From positions 177,682 through 241,681 of IMG/VR virus record IMGVR_UViG_3300028805_002025: a stretch of DNA of 64,000 bases; one strand, given 5' to 3'. Made by a program: the position numbers and the translations under genes. A model generated the notes under the pieces. That model saw nothing but the letters and a program-made list of their open reading frames with translations. It ran no database searches and was not told the origin of the DNA. Origin of the DNA: a virus (Duplodnaviria; Caudoviricetes). How positions within the stretch are numbered: position 1 is the stretch's first letter; every line of letters begins with the position of its first letter. This document shows, piece after piece, positions 49,793 through 58,747 of this stretch.

Positions 49793-49807
49793 ATCTCTTT
49801 ACTCTGG

Positions 49808-50203
49808 TTAAGCTTGTTCTTCGTTCATTAAGTTCATGATTGATTCCATTACAGCACGTCTGATACGAGATTCCATGTGGTTAGCCTTCTTCCAACCGAT
49901 TGTGTCTGCTGGAAGCTCAGCCTGTGAAGGTATTGAATTAGCTGGCTTAAGCCTGTCACCGAACTCTGCTTTATCCTCTGGGAAAGCTCTTGAATTATTA
50001 TCAATTGCATCCATTTGGTCGTCAAACAATCCAGTACCAACGCCAGCCACACCAAGACCAGCACCCAATACACCAGTACCTACTGCCTTAGCAACATCTT
50101 TTCCAAAACCTTCATTAACTGCTCCTTCCTGGATAGCACGTTTAACTGAAGTTTCTACTATATTCTTAAGTTCTGATTCTGTAAGTCTTACAATTTTCTT
50201 CAT
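49808..50203 (-). CDS. Small protein with targeting leader and glycine-zipper segment
   Basis: MKKIVRLTESELKNIVETSVKRAIQE; AVGTGVLGAGLGVAGVGTG; ATATTTAT at 50224-50231. Confidence 0.75.
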   Translation of the reverse strand: MKKIVRLTESELKNIVETSVKRAIQEGAVNEGFGKDVAKAVGTGVLGAGLGVAGVGTGLFDDQMDAIDNNSRAFPEDKAEFGDRLKPANSIPSQAELPADTIGWKKANHMESRIRRAVMESIMNLMNEEQA

Positions 50204-50333
50204 AATACAAAATATATTTCTTTATAAATATTACTTAGATACTAAATAATACTATATTAGAATATATTAATATATTATATAATATTATAAAATTATATTA
50301 AATATCGATATATTAAAAAATGTTAGCAGAAAC

Positions 50334-50364
50334 TTGTTTTTTTAATATTTTTTATATATCTTTG
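50334..50364 (+). promoter_or_regulatory. Bacteroidota sigma-A-type promoter
   Basis: TTG (50334-50336), 20 nt spacer, TATCTTTG (50357-50364). Confidence 0.7.
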
Positions 50365-50422
50365 CATTGTGAAATCTAAATTTTAGTAAAAATGTCAAAC
50401 TATTAAAATCAAGAGTATTAAT

Positions 50423-50983
50423 ATGATTACGCAAGAGCAGAAAAACAAAAATTTTGAGCTTTACAACAAGAAATTAAAGCAAGTAGGAGTTGATTTGAGT
50501 TCGCTAGATGCTTTTATGCTAGCACTGAAAGATGCAAGTTTCACAAACTCAAATGAGTATGGTAATGCCTATCCAGGCTCTCTTATAGAGATTGTATTGA
50601 AGGTTCTTACGCCTTACGCGGTGAAGCTGAACGAGCTTTTACCAGAGGACATGAGGGTTGATAAAAACACCCTAGTAAAGGTTTGCCTTCTGCATCACAT
50701 TGCAAAGGCTGTAAGACTTGTACCTAATGATAACCAGTGGGAAATTGAGAAAAGACTATTGACTTACAAATATTCTGACAATCAGCCTTCAATAAGAACT
50801 GGTCTTCACTCACTTATTCTAGCGCAGCAGGCTGGTGTTACGTTCACACCAGAAGAGGCAGAGGTTATGACAGTGAATGATAGAGACCTCACCGATGACC
50901 AAGCTAGATGGCATTCAAGCACTATGGCTACGATTGTTAGAATGGCAAATGAAATGACTTACGCCCAGATAAACAGGAAGTGA
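50423..50983 (+). CDS. HD-domain-like protein with degenerate metal ligands
   Basis: NAYPGSLIE...VCLLHHIAK...MANE aligns by eye with the HD scaffold. Confidence 0.6.
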   Translation: MITQEQKNKNFELYNKKLKQVGVDLSSLDAFMLALKDASFTNSNEYGNAYPGSLIEIVLKVLTPYAVKLNELLPEDMRVDKNTLVKVCLLHHIAKAVRLVPNDNQWEIEKRLLTYKYSDNQPSIRTGLHSLILAQQAGVTFTPEEAEVMTVNDRDLTDDQARWHSSTMATIVRMANEMTYAQINRK

Positions 50984-50984
50984 T

Positions 50985-51644
50985 ATGGATGAGATAGTTA
51001 CTGATGATAGAAAAGACTTTCTAACGATTGCTAAGGAGGCGTTAGGGCAGACAAAACTTGAGGTTAAGTTCAAGAAACTATCAAAGGATGTTGTAATACC
51101 TACATATGCACACGATGGGGACGTAGGAATGGACTTAACTGCCACCTCAGTAGAGTATGACCGTGAGAACGATATGTACATCTATCATACAGGATTGGCA
51201 TTCGAGTCAGACCAGCACTATGGTATATTCCTATTCCCAAGGAGTTCAAATAGGAAGACCGATGCATACATGTGTAATCATGTTGGAATTGTTGACTCAG
51301 CCATATACAGGGGTGAGATAATGGTGTGCTATAAGAACAGAACATCACTTGATGTTAGGGCTGAAATGGAAAAGTCAAGGTCATTCTTCAATAGCATATT
51401 GTACAACTCATTTACAATTACAAACGGAAACGTAGTAGAGTTTACATGGCCAAATGCCGTACAGAATGCAATGGGTAGTGCTGACTGGGTTTACGCTAAT
51501 CCATTAAATTTCGCACCATATAAGGTAGGGGATAGGGTAGCCCAGATGGTGGTTCTACCATATCCAGATGTAGTACTTTCCGAAAGAGCAGAGCTTTCAG
51601 AAACAGACAGAGGCTCTGGCGGTTTCGGTTCAACAGGAAATTAA
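50985..51644 (+). CDS. dut: Trimeric dUTPase with insertion
   Basis: GMDL, PRSS, GIVDSAIYRGEI, GDRVAQ, RGSGGFGSTG motifs. Confidence 0.93.
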   Translation: MDEIVTDDRKDFLTIAKEALGQTKLEVKFKKLSKDVVIPTYAHDGDVGMDLTATSVEYDRENDMYIYHTGLAFESDQHYGIFLFPRSSNRKTDAYMCNHVGIVDSAIYRGEIMVCYKNRTSLDVRAEMEKSRSFFNSILYNSFTITNGNVVEFTWPNAVQNAMGSADWVYANPLNFAPYKVGDRVAQMVVLPYPDVVLSERAELSETDRGSGGFGSTGN

Positions 51645-51647
51645 ATT

Positions 51648-52166
51648 ATGAAACCAATAGAAGTTTTTATTAAATATGCTAAGATTAGAGGCATAATGCC
51701 ATTCATTAAAGCAAGGGAACGTGGTAAGGTAATACAAGTACCAGACTGGCATACATGGGATATGGTATTTAAGGATTTCAAGACCTTTGCAAATGAATTC
51801 ACATTTCACAATGGATTCTACGGTCTATTCTCAGAATTAGAATATTATTTTTTCGGTTACAATTGTTCTCAAATAAACCAGAATTACAATAAGGCTTCAA
51901 GATTGTGGACTGGCTTCGTAAGCAGAAACATATTTCTGAAGAATGAACCTAAGGAAGGTGATAAGCTCACTCTTTTGGCATATAATAATAGTGAAGAAGA
52001 TTTCAAATTCTTAAAATTCTATGATGGATATCGTTCTCTACAAGTGAAGAGTGATAGCGGAAGAATATTCCACTATAACGTTGATAGGATAAAAAAGCTC
52101 AACGGAGAACCATACGAGCTGGATTTTTATATAAAATGGAAGAAGAAAACTTATGGCATTGATTAA
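51648..52166 (+). CDS. Hypothetical protein
   Basis: 172 aa ORF in operon context. Confidence 0.65.
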   Translation: MKPIEVFIKYAKIRGIMPFIKARERGKVIQVPDWHTWDMVFKDFKTFANEFTFHNGFYGLFSELEYYFFGYNCSQINQNYNKASRLWTGFVSRNIFLKNEPKEGDKLTLLAYNNSEEDFKFLKFYDGYRSLQVKSDSGRIFHYNVDRIKKLNGEPYELDFYIKWKKKTYGID

Positions 52167-53280
52167 GGAAGTTCATTATACTTACAGGGATGTGACAATA
52201 CTCCCTGGTACTAAGAGTCTCATAGAGCATAGAGCAGAGTGTGACCCATTCAACCCAGACGGAATGCTCCCTCTGTTCACTGCTCCTATGGACACAGTTG
52301 TAAGCCCTGCTAATTTCTGGAGGTTCAAGGATAATGGTATCATACCAATACTACCAAGAACTGAAGATTTAGAGGTTAGAATAAAATACGCATTTGATGG
52401 TAGTTGGGCAGCTTTCTCACTCAATGAATTTGAAGATATCTTTTGCGAATCTGAGAAGAAAACGTTTGAGAAGCATACAGTGAAAGTACTGATAGATGTT
52501 GCTAACGGTCATATGGAAAGAATACTAAAGCTAGTAAAAATAGCAAAGGAGAAATATGGTAACAGAATTGAAATCATGGCTGGTAACATTGCTAATCCAG
52601 ACGCATATTACTCATATGCCGCTGCTGGAGTTGACTACATAAGATGTGGTATTGGAAGTGGATTCGGTTGTCTTTCAACAAGTAACACTGGCGTACACAT
52701 GCCGATGGCATCACTTATAGACAAGGTTGCTGAAAGGAAAAAAACAGTTAAACGTTGGTTTGAAGAAAAGTCCACAGTATACAAATCAATACCTAAGATT
52801 GTTGCTGACGGTGGAATAAGAAACTATTCAGACATTATCAAGGCACTTGCACTTGGAGCTGATTACGTCATGGTGGGTAGTGCCTTTGCAAGTATGCTGG
52901 AGTCAGCAGCACCTAAGCACTGTAACAGTGGTTATTCAAGACCATTGGTTGACTATGATAAGATATACTTTAAGAATAATGCATGGTATCTTAAGAAGGA
53001 TAGGGGTGAAGATTATTTCCTAGGTGATATATCAGCTGTGTTCTACGGCATGGCATCAAGGGAAGGACAGATTGCAATGAACGGTTCAAAGACAAAGACC
53101 AGCGAGGGTATAAGTAAGGTCATTACAATTAAATATACTATGGCTGGGTGGGTTGAGAACTTTAAGGATTACCTACGCTCAGCAATGTCCTATGTTGGGG
53201 CAAAGAATCTGAGACAGTTTAGAACGTTAGCTGTATTAATAGTAAACTCACAAAATGCAATTTCTGTAGTAAATAAGTAA
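52153..53280 (+). CDS. IMP dehydrogenase / GMP reductase family protein
   Basis: TAPMDTV, IDVANGH, AGNIA, GIGSGFGC, ADGGI, ALGADYVMVG, YGMAS, LRSAMSYVGA. Confidence 0.9.
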   Translation: MALIKEVHYTYRDVTILPGTKSLIEHRAECDPFNPDGMLPLFTAPMDTVVSPANFWRFKDNGIIPILPRTEDLEVRIKYAFDGSWAAFSLNEFEDIFCESEKKTFEKHTVKVLIDVANGHMERILKLVKIAKEKYGNRIEIMAGNIANPDAYYSYAAAGVDYIRCGIGSGFGCLSTSNTGVHMPMASLIDKVAERKKTVKRWFEEKSTVYKSIPKIVADGGIRNYSDIIKALALGADYVMVGSAFASMLESAAPKHCNSGYSRPLVDYDKIYFKNNAWYLKKDRGEDYFLGDISAVFYGMASREGQIAMNGSKTKTSEGISKVITIKYTMAGWVENFKDYLRSAMSYVGAKNLRQFRTLAVLIVNSQNAISVVNK

Positions 53281-53320
53281 AAAAAGGTGGTCAAAACTTT
53301 GTTTTTGACCATTTTTTTTT
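53279..53320 (+). terminator. Intrinsic terminator
   Basis: GGTGGTCAAAA / TTTTGACCATT plus T-run. Confidence 0.65.
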
Positions 53321-53342
53321 ATTTTTTATATAAAACGTTTAT

Positions 53343-54032
53343 ATGGAAAGTAATATTGCAATAGTTCTTTGTTCCAAGAAAACAAACGAAGAAATTAAAC
53401 CATTTATTGAACACATAAAGGAAACCTGTGGTTGTGATGCCCATGTCTATTTTATTCACAACCCAGAGGGCGTTAGCCTGTCCAGAATATATGCTGACAT
53501 GGCTGTATCCAAGGACATAGTAGAAAAGGTCATCGTATTCATACATGATGACATAGAGTTTCTTAGGAAGGGATGGGGTGCTGAAGTGTTGAGACAATTT
53601 AATGAGCACCAGGATTACGGTATTATTGGTGTTGCTGGTTCTGCACAGTTCGATGAGGGTGGCGCATGGTGGAACTATGAAAAAAAATTCGGACAGGTTC
53701 TTCACAGAGCCGAAGGAAAAACATGGCTTACGACCTTCTCACCACTGCTTACTAAGGACTTACAGGATGTTGTTGTAATCGACGGTCTTTTCATGGCCAT
53801 ACACAAGGAGAGAATATCAGAGAATTTCAATAGAGACCTTGAAGGTTTTGACTTCTATGACATTGCTTTTTGTCTTGCTAACCACTTCGCTGGCAAGTGC
53901 AAGATTGGTGTGACAACAAATATAAGACTTGCACATAATTCAATAGGTAAGCTGAAAGATTCATGGTATAAAAACAGGGAAATTATCAATAGATTATACG
54001 GAGATAGATTTCCAATTGATATTTTAAAATAA
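53343..54032 (+). CDS. Glycosyltransferase (GT-A / GT2-like)
   Basis: VFIHDDI, GIIGVAG, VVIDGLFMA, FDFYDIAFC, H.S.G motifs. Confidence 0.8.
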   Translation: MESNIAIVLCSKKTNEEIKPFIEHIKETCGCDAHVYFIHNPEGVSLSRIYADMAVSKDIVEKVIVFIHDDIEFLRKGWGAEVLRQFNEHQDYGIIGVAGSAQFDEGGAWWNYEKKFGQVLHRAEGKTWLTTFSPLLTKDLQDVVVIDGLFMAIHKERISENFNRDLEGFDFYDIAFCLANHFAGKCKIGVTTNIRLAHNSIGKLKDSWYKNREIINRLYGDRFPIDILK

Positions 54033-54053
54033 TTTGGCACGATTTTTGCATGT

Positions 54054-54305
54054 ATGAAATTAAGTGAAATGAGCTTTGAGCAGTTGACAGCGATGTATAA
54101 TGTGGCAACTGACATTTGTAGAGAATATTCAAGGATGACAGATGGTTATATCCTTGCAACTGGAGATAACGTACTTGATGCATCTAACAGGATACCTGCT
54201 GATGTGCAAAATACAATCAATGAAAGACAGCAGTATTTTGCAATAAAAGACAGAATAACCAATGAATTAAAGAAAAGATTATTGACAGAAATAGAATATG
54301 AATAA
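54054..54305 (+). CDS. Hypothetical protein
   Basis: 83 aa ORF overlapping the next start. Confidence 0.65.
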   Translation: MKLSEMSFEQLTAMYNVATDICREYSRMTDGYILATGDNVLDASNRIPADVQNTINERQQYFAIKDRITNELKKRLLTEIEYE

Positions 54306-55293
54306 AGTAAAGAAATATATTCTTAACCTTTGGTATGGACTGCCATTCGGAATGAAGGCTGCTGGTGACGAAATTCTTGGTGCTGGTACTTCAGACGGTA
54401 ACGATGTTTCCATATCCCAGGAAGTTAAAGACCAGAGGGTAGGAAAACACCTCCTAAAGGGCGAAGTGACCCAGGAGGTAGAGGAACTAAGGTACAGGAC
54501 TTATAAGGTCGCTGGTGAGGCTGAAAAGTACGAATATCTGGGTAATGGCGTGGCAGTTAAGAAGGATGAACCAGAGAAGATGGAAATAGGTAAGATAAAG
54601 TTTTCACAGGAGAACGGCATCATGTGTTCTTCAGTGCTTGACGAGTTAAAGCGTGTGAATGACTATGGAATTGACAAGTACAGACTTGAGGCAATGTATA
54701 ATTCTACCGTTAAGTTCAAACTTGAACAGTTTGCCACTGTGATAGATGTGTTCATCGACACCAGGATGACAGAGAGACCAGCTACCATTCAGACAACCCT
54801 TCACTTCGAGAAACAGCCTAACCCATATAATGCCAAGTCTAAGCCGTTCATAAATGAGCTGGAGAAGCTGAAGGATATTAGGAATGAGCATGATGCGGCA
54901 AGGCATGAGATAACCTCATCACTTGTAACTCTGTCATTCACCACATATAAGGCTAAGGGGGAAAATGATTTTGTCAACTATAGCTTCGTAGAGAATCCTA
55001 AGTTTGAGAAATTTGAAGACAATGGACAAGAGTTCTTGGTAACATTCTCATGGGACGGATATATGAGACTTCCACTTGACCTGGAATCAAAGTATTACTC
55101 AAAGGAAATGGCTGAGAAGTACGAGAAGAAGGAGAGGAAGGATACCCCTGTTGAAATGGTCAACAGTGAGAGGAAGGCGTACTGTTCGATATGCGGTAAG
55201 GAAATGTCAGTCTATGATGCTGACATCTTGTCAGCAGACGGAGAACAGGTTATTTGTAAAGAATGTTTGGAAAAAGCCTTGAATAATAAGTAA
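54298..55293 (+). CDS. Hypothetical protein with C-terminal zinc ribbon
   Basis: CSICG...ICKEC. Confidence 0.7.
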   Translation: MNKVKKYILNLWYGLPFGMKAAGDEILGAGTSDGNDVSISQEVKDQRVGKHLLKGEVTQEVEELRYRTYKVAGEAEKYEYLGNGVAVKKDEPEKMEIGKIKFSQENGIMCSSVLDELKRVNDYGIDKYRLEAMYNSTVKFKLEQFATVIDVFIDTRMTERPATIQTTLHFEKQPNPYNAKSKPFINELEKLKDIRNEHDAARHEITSSLVTLSFTTYKAKGENDFVNYSFVENPKFEKFEDNGQEFLVTFSWDGYMRLPLDLESKYYSKEMAEKYEKKERKDTPVEMVNSERKAYCSICGKEMSVYDADILSADGEQVICKECLEKALNNK

Positions 55294-55312
55294 AAAGTGT
55301 TATTTTTTATAT

Positions 55313-55939
55313 ATGATTACAATAGGAATAGAACTGAATCATGTTGTTAGGAATATTAATAAACAGATTCTGAAATATTATGCGAAAGAATTTGACCCAT
55401 CAATGGACTGGGACGAATTGGATGACAGGGTAGATGTTATTGAGAAGTATTGCAAGTTCAAGAGCAAGAAAGAAAAGAGCAATTTCATCTACATAGATTA
55501 TCCTTATGAAATATTCGGATGCGCTGGTACAGCTGAGAAAAAACTGGCAGTGAAGATTACAAACTGGCTTGCTGATATCACGAACATAGAGGAGGAGGAC
55601 ATTAGGATAGTGTTCTACAGCTTGAATGAGGAGGCACTTACAATTCAGTCTACATTCTTCTTCTTAAGTAAGATAGGAGCAAGGGTTAGAAAGGTATTTT
55701 TCCCAAAGAAAATATCAGAGGTCTGGGAGGAATGCGACGTGGTAATCACAGCAAACAACCAGATGTTTGAGGAAGAGATACCAGAGGGTAAGCACATTGT
55801 CCTTATCAACAGGGAGTTCAACGAGAAAAACAAAGACAAGGCGATGTCAAATTATAATAATCTGAGTGAAATAATTGATGATGATAATTTTTTAAAACAA
55901 TTTTATTATGAAGAAAGGGGAGACCAATCTTATATTTGA
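55313..55939 (+). CDS. HAD / 5'-nucleotidase-like protein with degenerate motif I
   Basis: ITIGIELNHVVRN in place of IGIDLDxVLRD; WEECDVVITAN. Confidence 0.6.
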   Translation: MITIGIELNHVVRNINKQILKYYAKEFDPSMDWDELDDRVDVIEKYCKFKSKKEKSNFIYIDYPYEIFGCAGTAEKKLAVKITNWLADITNIEEEDIRIVFYSLNEEALTIQSTFFFLSKIGARVRKVFFPKKISEVWEECDVVITANNQMFEEEIPEGKHIVLINREFNEKNKDKAMSNYNNLSEIIDDDNFLKQFYYEERGDQSYI

Positions 55940-56249
55940 CATTAACAAAATCAGTGAGTTCGTCTTCGGGGACGCTGACAAGAGAACAAGTGAGGTGGAA
56001 ATAACAGAAAACTTCATCTACGACAAGAAAGAGGATAAAATGATTCCCAACACCAAGGAGGTGAAAGAGGTAAAAGTAAAGGATGACGTGAGTCAGTTTA
56101 CCATCAGATACGACTTAATAAAGATGTTCATTGACATCATGGATTCAATAGACGACCTGGCTGCAATTTCATTGGGACAGGAGATTACCGTGAACACTAT
56201 GGAGGCGTATGAGTTAATAAAAGAATTAAAACAAGACAGCGATGAGTGA
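55908..56249 (+). CDS. Hypothetical protein
   Basis: 113 aa ORF overlapping both neighbours. Confidence 0.7.
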   Translation: MKKGETNLIFDINKISEFVFGDADKRTSEVEITENFIYDKKEDKMIPNTKEVKEVKVKDDVSQFTIRYDLIKMFIDIMDSIDDLAAISLGQEITVNTMEAYELIKELKQDSDE

Positions 56250-57324
56250 TAAGAACAAGATAGTAATCGAGAACATTAACAAAGAGATTGCTAAGATAGA
56301 CAAGAAGGAAAACAGGGTGTTCTTCTTCGTAATCGATACAAAGGGAGTACCAAGTGGAAGCCTTGAGTACATTTACAACCTTGCATTGATAGCAAAGGAA
56401 GACGGATATGATGTTAGCATGCTCCACACTGAGGAGGAATTCGTAGGTGTTGGTGCTTGGCTTGGTGAGGAATACACTAACCTGCCACACTACAATGTTA
56501 ATAAAGGAGAGGTTGGTACGTCACCTTCTGACGTGCTGTTCATTCCAGAGATTTATTCCCAGGTTATGAATCAGACTAAAAATCTTCCATGTAAGAGAGT
56601 CGTTATTCTCCAGAACTATGACTACGTTGTTGAGCAGATGCCATACGCAGCACAGTGGGGTGACTTCGGCATCATGGAGGGTATCACCAACTCAAACTAC
56701 CAGGCTGCTGAGCTTACTGAGGCTTTCCCTTACGTTAAGCTTACAAAGGTTAACCCTTATATCTCAAAGATATTCGGTAGTACCATTCCACCTAAGAAGA
56801 TGGTTATCAATGTAATTTCAAAAGACCAGTCTGACATCAAGAGAATCGTTAAGCCGTTCTACTGGAAGTATCCGTACTTCAAGTGGGTTTCATTCAAGGA
56901 GCTTAGAAACCTCTCTAAGGAGGACTTTGCAACGGCACTTCGTGAGGGTGCTATCACCATCGTTGTTGACGAGTCAGCCAGTGTTATGTATTCAGCACTT
57001 GAGGCAATGAAGAGTGGAAGTATCACTATGGTAAAAGTTCCTAACACATCCCTTGACTGGGCAGATGGTGAAGAACTTCCAAACTGTTGCGTATGGTTCA
57101 ATGACTACGACACACTTCACAAGCAGCTTGCAAGCGTTGTGCGTTCATGGATTACCGATAAAGTGCCACCAGTACTTGCTGAGGAGGCTAAGAAGACCCT
57201 GGGGAACTATAACAGGGAGAAGACCAAGAAGGAGTTTATCGATTACGTTACTTCAGTCCTTGAGAGGAGAAAGAAGGAAATGGAAGAATTGTTAACACAG
57301 GTTAAGAAACAGGAGGAAGAATAA
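56242..57324 (+). CDS. Glycosyltransferase-like protein (GT-B)
   Basis: PSGSLEYIY, DVLFIPE, VVILQN, ALEAMKSG. Confidence 0.7.
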   Translation: MSDKNKIVIENINKEIAKIDKKENRVFFFVIDTKGVPSGSLEYIYNLALIAKEDGYDVSMLHTEEEFVGVGAWLGEEYTNLPHYNVNKGEVGTSPSDVLFIPEIYSQVMNQTKNLPCKRVVILQNYDYVVEQMPYAAQWGDFGIMEGITNSNYQAAELTEAFPYVKLTKVNPYISKIFGSTIPPKKMVINVISKDQSDIKRIVKPFYWKYPYFKWVSFKELRNLSKEDFATALREGAITIVVDESASVMYSALEAMKSGSITMVKVPNTSLDWADGEELPNCCVWFNDYDTLHKQLASVVRSWITDKVPPVLAEEAKKTLGNYNREKTKKEFIDYVTSVLERRKKEMEELLTQVKKQEEE

Positions 57325-57917
57325 TGGCAGAGTTCATAAAATACCTGGGTGAAAATATCTACCTGGATAGGTCTATATTAGTTCACAATTACAAGGATTT
57401 CAAGAGAACAGAGAAGGGTCAGAAGATGATTGAAACCTACATCGATAGATGGAAGAAATTTGGTTTCATCGAAGGCCTTGACGGTGAGCTTAGGGAGAGA
57501 TGTGCCGTTGGTATGGAACAGTTGGCTGTTTATCTCCTTACTGAGAATGAAAATCACCAGAACTTTGGTGAGCCTTTTAGCACAGTTGCGTTCCCAATGA
57601 TACGTAGAATAACCTGTGGGTCTGTAGGAAATGCGGAGAAACTGAATGACCTTGACTTGTTTAACTTCTTAAAGTTCATTAAGTATTGCAAGGAATTGGA
57701 TGTAGTTGGATTAATCAATAATGCTGCTACCATCATTGGTTCAACTCAGATTGATGCAGAGGCAGAAGCTTGTGCTTTGGGTTGTGAGGTGATAATAAGG
57801 AAATTCAATGGTGATGAAAGAAGCTTTAATGAGATTAAAGCAGAATACATTGATAAACTAAAGGAAAAAATTAAGAAAGAATATGAAGGAACTAGGAATA
57901 ATTATACCGATGCATGA
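57324..57917 (+). CDS. Protein resembling the N-terminal region of a T4-like major capsid protein
   Basis: RWKKFGFIEGL...AVGMEQLAVYLLTE...FSTVAFPMIRRI. Confidence 0.5.
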   Translation: MAEFIKYLGENIYLDRSILVHNYKDFKRTEKGQKMIETYIDRWKKFGFIEGLDGELRERCAVGMEQLAVYLLTENENHQNFGEPFSTVAFPMIRRITCGSVGNAEKLNDLDLFNFLKFIKYCKELDVVGLINNAATIIGSTQIDAEAEACALGCEVIIRKFNGDERSFNEIKAEYIDKLKEKIKKEYEGTRNNYTDA

Positions 57918-58710
57918 GTTCGGTAAGGAAAATATAGAGCTTGTTAATAAGGCAATTGAGTCAATCCCAAAGGATACACCAATCTGTCTTTCAGTGCCAA
58001 AGGGTACTACGCCAGCAAAGGTAAAGGGACTCTCTGACAGAGCTGCCCTAGTACCATCAACTGAGGAAGGTAGCACCTTCGCTGACCTTGTTAATAACGG
58101 TGTAAGAGCATTTAATAACAACGAGGACGTGAAGTGGTTTTCAATCCTTGAAATTGATGATACATATACACCAATCTGGCTTGCAAATGTAAAGAAATAT
58201 ATTGACTTCATGCCAGACGTTAGTGTGTTCATGTGCCTTGAGGATATCACAGAGTTCGGTACAGGAAAGTATATCGGCTTCGGTAATGAGGCTGCATGGG
58301 CTTCTGCATTTTCAAATGAGCTTGGTTTCATTGATGCAGACTGTTTGCAGAATTACTTCGACTTCTATCTCACAGGAAGTGTATTCAATAAGGCTGACTG
58401 GAATGAGGTTGGCGGTTTAAAACCTTCCATCAAGATTACATTCTGGTATGAGTGGCTGCTTCGTGCAACGAATAAGAGTAAGAAGGTATTCGTCATACCT
58501 AAGGTTGGATATAACCACACACTTGGTAGGAAGGGTTCACTTGTAGATACATACAAGAACACCGTCAGCAAGGAGGAGTCACAGTGGTGGTTTGACCTTG
58601 CGAAACGTGAGATGTACTTTAAAGAGGACCGTAAGAAAGAATATAAGCCAGAGATACCAGGAAGTGACGAAGAATATGCTCCTAACTCAGAAATAGGAGC
58701 TAAGAAATAA
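57883..58710 (+). CDS. Glycosyltransferase (GT2-like)
   Basis: IIIPMH, VNNG, SILEIDD, VGGLK, WYEWLLR, IPKVGY.H. Confidence 0.75.
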   Translation: MKELGIIIPMHEFGKENIELVNKAIESIPKDTPICLSVPKGTTPAKVKGLSDRAALVPSTEEGSTFADLVNNGVRAFNNNEDVKWFSILEIDDTYTPIWLANVKKYIDFMPDVSVFMCLEDITEFGTGKYIGFGNEAAWASAFSNELGFIDADCLQNYFDFYLTGSVFNKADWNEVGGLKPSIKITFWYEWLLRATNKSKKVFVIPKVGYNHTLGRKGSLVDTYKNTVSKEESQWWFDLAKREMYFKEDRKKEYKPEIPGSDEEYAPNSEIGAKK

Positions 58711-58747
58711 GATTTAGTAATAGTTGCATTTATATTTTGTTAGTTTC

